DNA of 64,000 bases, from contig CATNEN010000037.1 of NCBI GenBank assembly GCA_950097015.1, positions 2,480,001 to 2,544,000 on the forward strand, given 5' to 3'. Within the stretch, counting starts at the first letter, position 1. Every line of letters begins with the position of its first letter. The notes under the pieces were generated by a model, which saw nothing but the letters and a program-made list of their open reading frames with translations, was not told where the DNA came from and ran no database searches. The position numbers and the translations under genes are program-made. Shown here piece after piece: positions 22,100-35,100 of this stretch. The stretch is from Macrostomum hystrix. Taxonomy: Eukaryota > Animalia > Platyhelminthes.

Positions 22100-23655
22100 C
22101 TACCAGCTGAAGGACTGGGTGACAGCTGAAGAATTGGGTGATAGCTGAGCGGCTGGGGTGACAGCTGAAGGATTGAGTGACAGCTGAGGGGCTGGGGTGA
22201 CAGCTGATGGATTGAGTGACAGCTGAGGGGCTGGGGTGACAGCTGAAGGACTGGGGTGACAGCTGAAGGATTGAGTGACAGCTGAGGGGCTGGGGTGACA
22301 GCTGAAGGACTGGTGTGACAGCTGAAGGATTGAGTGACAGCTGAGGGGCTGGGGTGACAGCTGAAGGACTGGGTGACAGCTGAAGGATTGGGTGATAGCT
22401 GAGCGGCTGGGGTGACAGCTGAAGGATTGGGTGACAGCTGAGCGGCTGGGGTGACAGCTGAAGGACTGGTGTGACAGCGGAAGGATTGGGTGACAGCTGA
22501 GCGGCTGGGGTGACAGCTGAAGGATTGGGTGACAGCTGAGCGGCTGGGGTGACAGCTGAAGGACTGGTGTGACAGCGGAAGGATTGGGTGACAGCTGAGG
22601 GGCTGGGGTGACAGCTGAAGGACTGGGGTGACAGCTGAAGGATTGAGTGACAGCTGAGGGGCTGGGGTGACAGCTGAAGGATTGGGTGATAGCTGAGGGA
22701 CTGGGGTGACAGCTGAAGGACTGGGTGACAGCTGAAGGACTGGGGTGACAGCTGAAGGACTGGGTGACAGCTGAAGGATTGGGTGACAGCTGAGCGGCTG
22801 GGGTGACAGCTGAAGGACTGGTGTGACAGCTGAAGGATTGAGTGACAGCTGAAGAATTGGGTGACAGCTGAGGGGCTGGGGTGACAGCTGAAGGATTGGG
22901 TGATAGCTGAGCGGCTGGGGTGACAGCTGATGGATTGAGTGACAGCTGAGGGGCTGGGGTGACAGCTGAAGGACTGGGGTGACAGCTGAAGGATTGAGTG
23001 ACAGCTGAGGGGCTGGGGTGACAGCTGAAGGACTGGTGTGACAGCTGAAGGATTGAGTGACAGCTGAGGGGCTGGGGTGACAGCTGAAGGACTGGGTGAC
23101 AGCTGAAGGATTGGGTGATAGCTGAGCGGCTGGGGTGACAGCTGAAGGATTGGGTGACAGCTGAGCGGCTGGGGTGACAGCTGAAGGACTGGTGTGACAG
23201 CGGAAGGATTGGGTGACAGCTGAGGGGCTGGGGTGACAGCTGAAGGACTGGGGTGACAGCTGAAGGATTGAGTGACAGCTGAAGGACTGGGTGACAGCTG
23301 AAGGACTGGGTGACAGCTAAAGGACTGGGTGACAGCTGAAGAATTGGGTGATAGCTGAGCGGCTGGGGTGACAGCTGAAGGATTGAGTGACAGCTGAGGG
23401 GCTGGGGTGACAGCTGAAGGACTGGTGTGACAGCTGAAGGATTGAGTGACAGCTGAGGGGCTGGGGTGACAGCTGATGGATTGAGTGACAGCTGAGGGGC
23501 TGGGGTGACAGCTGAAGGACTGGGGTGACAGCTGAAGGATTGAGTGACAGCTGAGGGGCTGGGGTGACAGCTGAAGGACTGGTGTGACAGCTGAAGGATT
23601 GAGTGACAGCTGAGGGGCTGGGGTGACAGCTGAAGGACTGGGTGACAGCTGAGTG
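22100..23655. repeat. 19-20 bp minisatellite (GTGACAGCTGAAGGACTGGG)n with block duplications
   Basis: Intergenic; explains the 539-aa minus-strand ORF. Confidence 0.95.
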
Positions 23656-24529
23656 ACTCCAGGATGAGGTTCAGTTTAAGTATCATAAAGAAGAACAGAG
23701 TGCAACAGACAATGAGCAAAGCAATGAATCCGTTAATTCATTTATTATTAGAAAATGTTTGTTTAGACTGATAGTTCTTCGATAAATTCAGGAGCACAAA
23801 ATTAAAAGTGTGAATGCATGCAGAAAAAGCCAAAGTGCAAATTACGTTTGTAATCAACGATTTAAGTAATAAGATCCGTAACCCATGATCATGAAAAAAA
23901 TGAAAAATCACTTCTGAGAAGAAGAATAGCCATTTTTCAGTTGCTTGAGTGGTGCTATTGCAGCGTGCCAAAAATATCAAAACACACTCATTGGGCAAGG
24001 TCCTATGTGAGCATTAGCCTTGACTCAGTGTGTGCAATTGCAATTGAAAACGCTTTGATTTACTGTTTACTTCTCGTGTCGCCAGTAAAAAAATTTCGCC
24101 GCTTTGGGCTTGCTTTTGTGAAAAATAGTGGTAACTTTTACCGTTGTTGTAACATTCGCATTTCATACTACTTAGCAAATGTTTAATTAGTATTGTAGCG
24201 CAAAATAATACAAAAACTGTGGGAACATCAAAATGAAAGTAAATTAAAACGGTTGGCATTGGATTTCATCCGATCGTTGCAGTAAGTGTCTGATCTGCAT
24301 AGGAAGATGCGAAAAATTACCGATTAGCAAAATAATCTCTCGTGTGTAGAAAAATTAAGTGCGATCCAGAATGAAAATATGCAGAAAAACGAAGCACAAC
24401 AATCAGTACAAGTGTTTCTTGCGCATTTAAAAAAACTCCTTACGAGACTCCTTCCACTGATTTGATGCAGGGAAATCTAAATTTTAAGTATTTTTTCAAA
24501 TTCCAATGCCTTTTGCATGTGGCAGGACC

Positions 24530-25652
24530 TCACACACACACCGACTGTGCTGTACAGGTTAGAGAGGCGGTACACACACACACCGACTGTGCTGTACAGG
24601 TTAGAGAGGCGGTACACACACACACCGACTGTGCTGTACAGGTTAGAGAGGCTGTACACACACACCAACTGTGCTGTACAGGTTAGAGAGGCTGTACACA
24701 CACACACCGACTGTGCTGTACAGGTTAGAGAGGCTGTACGCACACACCGACTGTGTTGCACAGGTTAGAGAGGCTGTACACACACACACCGACTGTGCTG
24801 TACAGGTTAGAGAGGCTGTACACACACACCGACTGTGTTGCACAGGTTAGAGAGGCTGTACACACACACCGACTGTGCTGTACAAGTTAGAGAGGCTGTA
24901 CACACACACCGACTGTGCTGCACAGGTTAGAGAGGCTGTACATACACACCGACTGTGTTGCACAGGTTAGAGAGGCTGTACACACACAGACCGACTGTGC
25001 TGTACAGGTTAGAGAGGCTGTACACACACACACCGACTGTGCTGTACAGGTTAGAGAGGCTGTACACACACACCGACTGTGTTGCACAGGTTAGAGAGGC
25101 TGTACACACACACCGACTGTGTTGCACAGGTTAGAGAGGCTGTACACACACACCGACTGTGCTGCACAGGTTAGAGAGGCTGTACACACACACCGACTGT
25201 GCTGTACAGGTTAGAGAGGCTGTACACACACACCGACTGTGTTGCACAGGTTAGAGAGGCTGTACACACACACCGACTGTGCTGCACAGGTTAGAGAGGC
25301 TGTACACACACACCGACTGTGCTGTACAGGTTAGAGAGGCTGTACACACACACCGACTGTGTTGCACAGGTTAGAGAGGCTGTACACACACACACCGACT
25401 GTGCTGCACAGGTTAGAGAGGCTGTACACACACACCGACTGTGCTGCACAGGTTAGAGAGGCTGTACACACACACCGACTGTGCTGTACAGGTTAGAGAG
25501 GCTGTACACACACACCGACTGTGCTGCACAGGTTAGAGAGGCTGTACACACACCGACTGTGCTGTACAGGTTAGAGAGGCTGTACACACACACCGACTGT
25601 GCTGCACAGGTTAGAGAGGCTGTACACACACACCGACTGTGCTGCACAGGTT
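24530..25652. repeat. About 38-42 bp minisatellite (CTGTACACACACACCGACTGTGCTGTACAGGTTAGAGAGG)n
   Basis: About 28 copies with a variable (CA)n tract. Confidence 0.95.
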
Positions 25653-25989
25653 AATGATGATAACAATATTTGAAGGAGGGCCATAATTTGCTGACAGTGA
25701 ACCAAGAGTCAGCGAGGAGTCAATTCAGGCCATTCCGCTGACTCCTGAGCACACACGCACATGTATACCGTACCGAGGTACACACTCACTCAGTTGTAAA
25801 TCTACCCTGACTTTCTCATCTACCGTCAGTGTACACTCTCACTGTGCACTTTTCATTTTCAAATCGCACGATAAGCCCCCAAGTATTCTGTCCGTATCTG
25901 CGCCCCAAACGAATGTGGCCTCGCCACGGAATCGAGCTCAGGGACCTTGGTGCGAGAGGCAAACACGTTAGACCGATCTGCCACCCCCC
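25653..25989 (-). mobile_element. tRNA-headed SINE family 1, copy D (more diverged)
   Basis: Reverse-complement match including GGAATCGAGCTCAGGGACCTTGGTGCGAG and GCGCCCCAAACGAATGTGGCCTC; imperfect TSD (25640-25652 vs 25990-26002). Confidence 0.8.
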
Positions 25990-26139
25990 TGTTGTACAGG
26001 TTGGGGCAACTCGGATCATTTTAGGCAAATTTCGCACTTTTTCTGTCTAAAGTTCTAAACAGATTCCTGCAGCAACTATCGCTTAAAAAGTAAAAAGTTT
26101 TTATTTAAAGGCTGGTCTTTGAAAATGTCCTGTCGATGC

Positions 26140-29100
26140 TCAGACGAGGTCGCTGCGTCGTTCGGCCCGGGGTCGAGGTGAGCCGGCCGATTCGTTAGCC
26201 CGTGGCGGAGGCGGTGGCGGCGGTGGCTGCAGCTCAGATTGCGGCTCAGCATGCTCGTTCTCCGGCCGTGGCGGCGGCGGCTGCGGCACCGACGTTTCAG
26301 GGGATCCATCGTAGAAGTAGACCGCGCCGTCAGCCGCCTTCGACATTTGCTCCTCGCTGTCCTCCTGATTCCAGTTGAATGACACCTTCTTGACGGCGCC
26401 GACTGTCTTCTTGCTAAACGCGGCCGCGGCGGCATCCGTCGCAGCTTGCTCATAGCCCGGCAGCTGGGTCGGATCCAGGGGTAGCTCCGGCTGTTGCTGA
26501 CGTGGTCGACGCTGCCGTTCTGGCGGGCTCGGTTGGCCCCCAACCGACTGGAAGCTGTCCGAGCTGTCCTGCGAGCTCAGCGGCGGCATGCGGTGTCGCG
26601 GTGGCGTCGTCGGCGTCCTTGCCATGTGGCGACCGGCCAGAGGCCAGCCGTTTACGCTGCCGTTCAGGCTGTCGCCCGACTCCTCCTCGCTGATGGTGTC
26701 GAACCGACCGGCGCCGCCTCCACTGACGCTGCCAGTGTCGCTGCCGATCTGCTGGTCCTCGCCGCCGGGAAATCGACCGTAGCGACGGCTCTGCATCGAG
26801 CGCTTGCTGCCGCGTCGGCGAAGCTTCGCTGGAATCAATGCAGGGGGCGGCGTGATCAATTTGTGGTGGACTGGGCTAATTACTGGACTAATTAGGTAGC
26901 TAACTCAGTGTTTTTGGGGCGCAAAGTTGTGCTCTTGGGGCTCTCACTTGATCGTTGCTGCGTGTAGGTCGGAGTTCGCATCCCATTGGCTCTGAAGATC
27001 TCCAATAATTCAAAGCGGAATGCCGAAATATCCCCTTTGATCTCGTTCAGGTCGTCCTCGGAGACACCCTGCTTGTCATCGGACTTCTGCCTGACCATCA
27101 GGTAGCGCTTGATGAGGTCGCGCATGACGGACTGTAAGTTTTTGTCATCAGTCATTTTCGGTGGGTAATTTAATACGAGCGTATTAAAAGATACATTATC
27201 AGGAAATTAAAATGACAAACCTGATAGCGGGCTTCCTTCTCGTTAACTTTCTTGACAACTTTCTGGAAATGTCAAATAAATGTTGCTAAAAATTATTATT
27301 GGGTGCAAAACCAAATAGCTCGTCCAGTCGAATCACGTGATCAAGCAGAAAGATGATTGCCCAACAAATAATATTTTGACCCTAACCAATGGTTTTTAAG
27401 TTCAGTGGAGAGTCGTGCGATGCTATCGCCACGAAAAGGGAGGCCGCATACCCCAGAAAAATTTTCTATCCCCCCCGAACCAATAAATTTCAGGCCGGTT
27501 GAAAAGTCACGTGATAGGATGAAAGTCGTCAAAACCCACGAAAACTTCCGTCCCCGCGTCAGCCAATAAGAGCGAGTTGTTATATAAGTCACGTGGCCCC
27601 AAACCCCAAAAATGACTTTGCAGCTGCTGTTCTGTAAAGACTAACTCTTTATAGTCCATGCGACTCACTCGAATGCTCTGCCACTTGCTTCTCTGATGCT
27701 GCTTTGAACAGGAGCACAGTTTGTCCTTCAGCCAGGCGACGGTGTACAGAAAGGACTTCGGGCTGGGTATGATGTTGAAGGGCGCCGGCAGGGTGCCACC
27801 CTCGTCGAAGTAGCTGATCCACAGCTTGCCTCGGGCGAATTTCCACTCCGTGTCAGCTTGGGCCTAAATGGGAGATTCTATGAGATTGGGATTCTGGTCT
27901 TTTTTTCTACTTCAAATTCAGCTGCCTCACGCACCGCGATCTCTTCGAAGCTGCAGTTCATCATGGCGATCAGCATGTTCAGCAGGACAATGAAGGTTAT
28001 GGCGGAGAATGCGCCGTACATCAGCTTGCCTGCAGATCAGAGGTGATGAAGGGAGAGTGAAGGGGTGAGAGTCAAGGGATGCGAGTGAAGGGATGAGAGT
28101 GAAGGGATGAGAGTGAAGGGATGAGAGTGAAGGGATGAGAGTGAAGGGATGAGAGTGAAGGGATGAGAGTGAAGGGATGAGAGTGAAGGGATGAGAGTGA
28201 AGGGATGAGAGTGAAGGGATGAGAGTGAAGGGATGAGAGAGAGAAGGTTTGAAAGGGAAGAATTGAGAGTGAAGGGTTGAGAGGGTTGAGACTCGACTGA
28301 AGGTTGAGAGTGAAGGGTTCAGACTCGACTGATGGTTGGGAGGGAAGGGTTGAGAGTGAAGGGTTGAGATTGAAGGGTTGAGAATCCACTGAAGATTGAG
28401 AGTGAAGGGTTCAGACTCCGCTCAAGGTTGCAAATGAAGGGTTCAGACTGGAGTGTAGGTACTTTACCAATGAATTCTGTGAAGGAGTGCTGGTACTCGA
28501 GGTCGGTATTGCTTAGGTCGATCAGGCCGTAGGTGGACCAGTACAATGACTGAGTGATCTCGAATAGGCTGAAAGTGGTTTGAAGCGAGGTACAGATGTC
28601 AAGTAAAGAGCGCGAAATGTCATAGAAAATTAAATTCTCCCGATCAGTCACATTAAATGAGTTCGACTCACTTTGAAAAGGTTCGTCCCCTGGTGACGCA
28701 ATAGCTGTACTTTTCCAGATCCGGACCAGTGATGCCAAAGTAGAACTTGTTATCCTGGCAATACTTGTTCCTCTGATAGGCATAGAACCAGTACAGCTGG
28801 TTGAAGCCGCAGGCGAACGAGCAGATGACGAGCAGCACAACAAACAGGAACTTCAGAATGTCGTTTAGCATGCGGCCGAGTGAGATCTGGAGTGGTCCCA
28901 GATGCGGGTTCATTGTGAAGATGTTCACCAGCTTCAGCATTGAGAATATGTTTGCTATGGCGAACAGGCACTCGGAGATCAAAGTGGGGTCGTAGGCGTC
29001 CCAGTACTTGCGGTGCAGACTTCTCAGCTCCTGGTTGGTATTCACCTGGAGTCAAGGTGAGTCTCTGAGTTAGTTAACAATGTACTTTTGTAGCTGAGAG

Positions 29101-32100
29101 CCTGTCCAAATAGAATAGAAAGGCTAGGGCAGTGTACAGCTGTTCAGTCCATGGACCGGCAATGCCGCCTGATCCACCAAAATTTCTAAAGAATAGCTTC
29201 AGGTGAGGAAGGAATAGCTTCAGTTGAGGAAGGAATAGCTTCAGGTGAGAAAGGAATAGCTTCAGGCGAGGAAGGAATAGCTTCAGGGGAGGAAGGAATA
29301 ACTTCAGGTGAGGAATGAATAGCTTCAGGGGAGGAAGGAATAGCTTCAGGTGAGGAATGAATAGCTTCAGGGGAGGAAGGAATAGCTTCAGGTGAGGAAG
29401 GAATAGCTTCAGGTGAGGAATGAATAGCTTCAGGGGAGGAAGGAATAGCTTCAGGTGAGGAAGGAATAGCTTCAGGCGAGGAAGGAATAGCTTCAGGTGA
29501 GGAAGGAATAGCTTTAGTTGAGGAAGGAATAGCTTCAGGTGAGGAAGGAATAGCTTCAGGTGAGGAAGGAATAGCTTCAGGTGAGGAAGGAATAGCTTCA
29601 GGTGAGGAAGGAATAGCTTTAGTTGAGGAAGGAATAGCTTCAGGTGAGGAAGGAATAGCTTCAGGTGAGGAAGGAATAGCTTCAGGTGAGGAAGGAATAG
29701 CTTCAGGTGAGGAAGGAATAGCTTCAGGTGAGGAAGGAATAGCTTTAGTTGAGGAAGGAATAGCTTCAGGGGAGAAAATAATATTAGGATTGTTCGATTT
29801 ATATTATTTTTAAGCCGAAAGTAATTTCCAGCACCAGGAAAGTTGAACAACTGGCAGAAAAGAAAGCTAATGAAATTTGCAAGGCTTGTTTTGGTTTTCA
29901 ACTAACAGGCCACTGAACATCGATTTTTGGTTCATGTGATGGTTGCTCTGATTTATGCTTTACGAAAATATTAGGCTTGGCTAGACAAAGCAAACAATAA
30001 TTTGGCTAATATTGGCTGAGTAAATTATGTTTTTCTTTGAGTTGAGTAGTAGATTTTCAAGTATTCATAGAATGGTGCACTTTGAACTAGTACTTTGCCA
30101 GCAGAGCTTGGCATAAACCCATTTCTTTAAGCATGAAGATACGTCATTGAGATCATGTAGTGTGGTCATTGAGATCATGCAGTGTCGCCATTGAGATCAT
30201 GTAGTGTGGTCATTGAGATCATGCAGTGAGGTCATTGAGATCATGCAGTGTCGCCATTGAGATCATGCAGTGAGGTCATTGAGATCATGCAGTGTGGTCA
30301 TTGAGATCAGGCAGTAAGGTCATTGAGATCATGGAGTGTCGCCATTGAGATCATGCAGTGTCGCCATTGAGATCATGCAGTGTCGCCATTGAGATCATGC
30401 AGTGTCGCCATTGAGATCATGCAGTGAAGTCATTGAGATCATGCAGTAAGGTCATTGAGATCATGCAGTGAGGTGATTGAGATCATGAGATCAGAGAAAA
30501 GAGAGATCTGCTAGATATAAGAGATTGGATGGAAGACTTTCGTCATTAAGTGATCTGTGAATGGAAAACTCCACTCAAATAATAAGATAACCAGCAAAAA
30601 CTCGCAAGGAGATTCGAAAAATTAGAAAACAAGAACAGCTTCAGAAGAGAAAATATGGCCAAAATAAATTGCGAAATTCTATACGGAGCACCGGATCTGT
30701 TATTCTAATAACAGCCGAATTTTCGACAATGAACAAGCAGCCCGGAGGTGCATTTGCTCAGGGAATGTGTAAACTGATATTGTTCTTTGAGCTGCTAAGC
30801 ATCCGCTTCGCAAAGCAGACAAGATCAAATCTCCACAGCTGCTTTGATATAAGTTGGCGATTTCAATTCTATCTTCGGTTCCGGCACCAGTTCAACTTAT
30901 TATTTCTAGAAATATTCTAGTTCAGGCTCTGGCTACTGTTCTACCTACGATTCCTGTAATGATTCTAGCTACGATTCTTGTAATGATTCTAGCTACGATT
31001 ATTGTAATGATTCTAGCTACGATTCTTGTAATGATTCTAGCTACGATTCTTGTAATGATTCTAGCTACGATACCTGTAATGATTCTAGCTACGATTCCTG
31101 TAATGATTCTAGCTATGATTCTTTTACTGATTCTAGCTACGATACCTGTAACGATAGCTACGATTCCTGTAATGATTCTAGCTACGATTCTTGTAATGAT
31201 TCTAGCTACGATTCTTGTAATGATTCTAGCTACGATTCCTGTAATGATTCTAGCTACGATTCCTGTAATGATTCTAGCTACGATTCCTGTAATGATTCTA
31301 GCTATGATTCTTTTACTGATTCTAGCTACGATTCCTGTAATGATTCTAGCTACGATTCTTGTAATGATTCTATCTACGATTCTTGTAATGATTCTAGCTA
31401 CGATTCTTGTAATGATTCTAGCTACGATTCCTGTAATGATTCTAGCTACGATTCTTGTAATGATTCTAGCTACGATTCTTGTAATGATTCTAGCTACGAT
31501 TCTTGTAATGATTCTAGCTACGATTCTTGTAATGATTCTAGCTACGATTCTTGTAACGATTCTAGCTACGATTCTTGTAATGATTCTAGCTACGATTCTT
31601 GTAACGATTCTAGCTACGATTCCTGTAATGATTCTATCTACGATTCTTGTAATGATTCTATCTACGATTCTTGTAATGATTCTAGCTACGATTCTTGTAA
31701 TGATTCTAGCTACGATTCCTGTAATGATTCTAGCTACGATTCCTGTAATGATTCTAGCTACGATTCTTGTAATGATTCTAGCTACGATTCCTGTAATGAT
31801 TCTAGCTACGATTCCTGTAATGATTCTAGCTACGATTCCTGTAATGATTCTATCTACGATTCTTGTAATGATTCTAGCTACGATTCTTGTAATGATTCTA
31901 GCTACGATTCCTGTAATGATTCTAGCTACGATTCTTGTAATGATTCTAGCTACGATTCTTGTAATGATTCTAGCTACGATTCTTGTAATGATTCTAGCTA
32001 CGATTCTTGTAATGATTCTAGCTACGATTCTTGTAACGATTTTAGCTACGATTCCTGTAATGATTCTAGCTACGATTCTTGTAACGATTCTAGCTACGAT

Positions 32101-35100
32101 TCCTGTAATGATTCTATCTACGATTCTTGTAATGATTCTATCTACGATTCTTGTAATGATTCTATCTACGATTCTTGTAATGATTCTAGCTACGATTCTT
32201 GTAATGATTCTAGCTACGATTCTTTTACTGATTCTAGCTACGATACCTGTAATGATTCTAGCTACGATTCTTGTAATGATTCTAGCTACGATTCCTGTAA
32301 TTATTCTAGCTACGATTCCTGTAATGATTCTAGCTATGATTCCTGTAATGATTCTAGCTACGATTCTTGTAATGATTCTAGCTACGATTCTTTTACTGAT
32401 TCTAGCTACGATACCTGTAATGATTCTAGCTACGATTCCTGTAATGATTCTAGCTACGATTCTTGTAATGATTCTAGCTACGATTCCTGTAATGATTCTA
32501 GCTACGATTCCTGTAATGATTCTAGCTACGATTCCTGTAATGATTCTAGCTACGATTCTTTTACTGATTCTAGCTACGATACCTGTAATGATTCTAGCTA
32601 CGATTCTTGTAATGATTCTAGCTACGATTCCTGTAACGATAGCTACGATTCCTGTAATGATTCTAGCTACGATTCTTGTAATGATTCTAGCTACGATTCT
32701 TGTAATGATTCTAGCTACGATTCTTGTAATGATTCTAGCTACGATTCTTGTAATGATTCTAGCTACGATTCCTGAAACGATAGCTACGATTCCTGTAATG
32801 ATTCTAGCTACGATTCTTGTAATGATTCTAGCTACGATTCTTGTAATGATTCTAGCTACGATTCCTGTAATGATTCTAGCTACGATTCTTTTACTGATTC
32901 TAGCTACGATACCTGTAATGATTCTAGCTACGATTCTTGTAATGATTCTAGCTACGATTCTTGTAATGATTCTAGCTACGATTCCTGTAACGATAGCTAC
33001 GATTCCTGTAATGATTCTAGCTACGATTCTTGTAATGATTCTAGCTACGATTCTTGTAATGATTCTATCTACGATTCTTGTAATGATTCTAGCTATGATT
33101 CCTGTAATGATTCTAGCTACGATTCCTGTAATGATTCTAGCTACGATTCCTGTAATGATTCTAGCTACGATTCCTGTAATGATTCTAGCTACGATTCTTG
33201 TAATGATTCTAGCTACGATTCCTGTAATGATTCTAGCTATGATTCTTTTACTGATTCTAGCTACGATTCCTGTAATGATTCTAGCTACGATTCTTGTAAT
33301 GATTCTATCTACGATTCTTGTAATGATTCTAGCTACGATTCTTGTAATGATTCTAGCTACGATTCCTGTAATGATTCTAGCTACGATTCTTGTAATGATT
33401 CTAGCTACGATACCTGTAATGATTCTAGCTACGATTCCTGTAATTATTCTAACTATGATTCTTTTACTGATTCTAGCTACGATACCTGTAACGATAGCTA
33501 CGATTCCTGTAATGATTCTAGCTACGATTCTTGTAATGATTCTAGCTACGATTATTGTAATGATTCTAGCTACGATTCTTGTAATGATTCTAGCTACGAT
33601 TCTTGTAATGATTCTAGCTACGATACCTGTAATGATTCTAGCTACGATTCCTGTAATGATTCTAGCTATGATTCTTTTACTGATTCTAGCTACGATACCT
33701 GTAACGATAGCTACGATTCCTGTAATGATTCTAGCTACGATTCTTGTAATGATTCTAGCTACGATTCTTGTAATGATTCTAGCTACGATTCCTGTAATGA
33801 TTCTAGCTACGATTCCTGTAATGATTCTAGCTACGATTCCTGTAATGATTCTAGCTATGATTCTTTTACTGATTCTAGCTACGATTCCTGTAATGATTCT
33901 AGCTACGATTCTTGTAATGATTCTATCTACGATTCTTGTAATGATTCTAGCTACGATTCTTGTAATGATTCTAGCTACGATTCCTGTAATGATTCTAGCT
34001 ACGATTCTTGTAATGATTCTAGCTACGATTCTTGTAATGATTCTAGCTACGATTCTTGTAATGATTCTAGCTACGATTCTTGTAATGATTCTAGCTACGA
34101 TTCTTGTAACGATTCTAGCTACGATTCTTGTAATGATTCTAGCTACGATTCTTGTAACGATTCTAGCTACGATTCCTGTAATGATTCTATCTACGATTCT
34201 TGTAATGATTCTATCTACGATTCTTGTAATGATTCTAGCTACGATTCTTGTAATGATTCTAGCTACGATTCCTGTAATGATTCTAGCTACGATTCCTGTA
34301 ATGATTCTAGCTACGATTCTTGTAATGATTCTAGCTACGATTCCTGTAATGATTCTAGCTACGATTCCTGTAATGATTCTAGCTACGATTCCTGTAATGA
34401 TTCTATCTACGATTCTTGTAATGATTCTAGCTACGATTCTTGTAATGATTCTAGCTACGATTCCTGTAATGATTCTAGCTACGATTCTTGTAATGATTCT
34501 AGCTACGATTCTTGTAATGATTCTAGCTACGATTCTTGTAATGATTCTAGCTACGATTCTTGTAATGATTCTAGCTACGATTCTTGTAACGATTTTAGCT
34601 ACGATTCCTGTAATGATTCTAGCTACGATTCTTGTAACGATTCTAGCTACGATTCCTGTAATGATTCTATCTACGATTCTTGTAATGATTCTATCTACGA
34701 TTCTTGTAATGATTCTATCTACGATTCTTGTAATGATTCTAGCTACGATTCTTGTAATGATTCTAGCTACGATTCTTTTACTGATTCTAGCTACGATACC
34801 TGTAATGATTCTAGCTACGATTCTTGTAATGATTCTAGCTACGATTCCTGTAATTATTCTAGCTACGATTCCTGTAATGATTCTAGCTATGATTCCTGTA
34901 ATGATTCTAGCTACGATTCTTGTAATGATTCTAGCTACGATTCTTTTACTGATTCTAGCTACGATACCTGTAATGATTCTAGCTACGATTCCTGTAATGA
35001 TTCTAGCTACGATTCTTGTAATGATTCTAGCTACGATTCCTGTAATGATTCTAGCTACGATTCCTGTAATGATTCTAGCTACGATTCCTGTAATGATTCT

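Noticed and set aside
8360-29901. Repetitive minus-strand ORFs (LLYPS, QSFSCHP, KLFLPHL, DYAQTL)
   Set aside because: Each coincides exactly with a tandem array, with no unique coding flanks or splice support.
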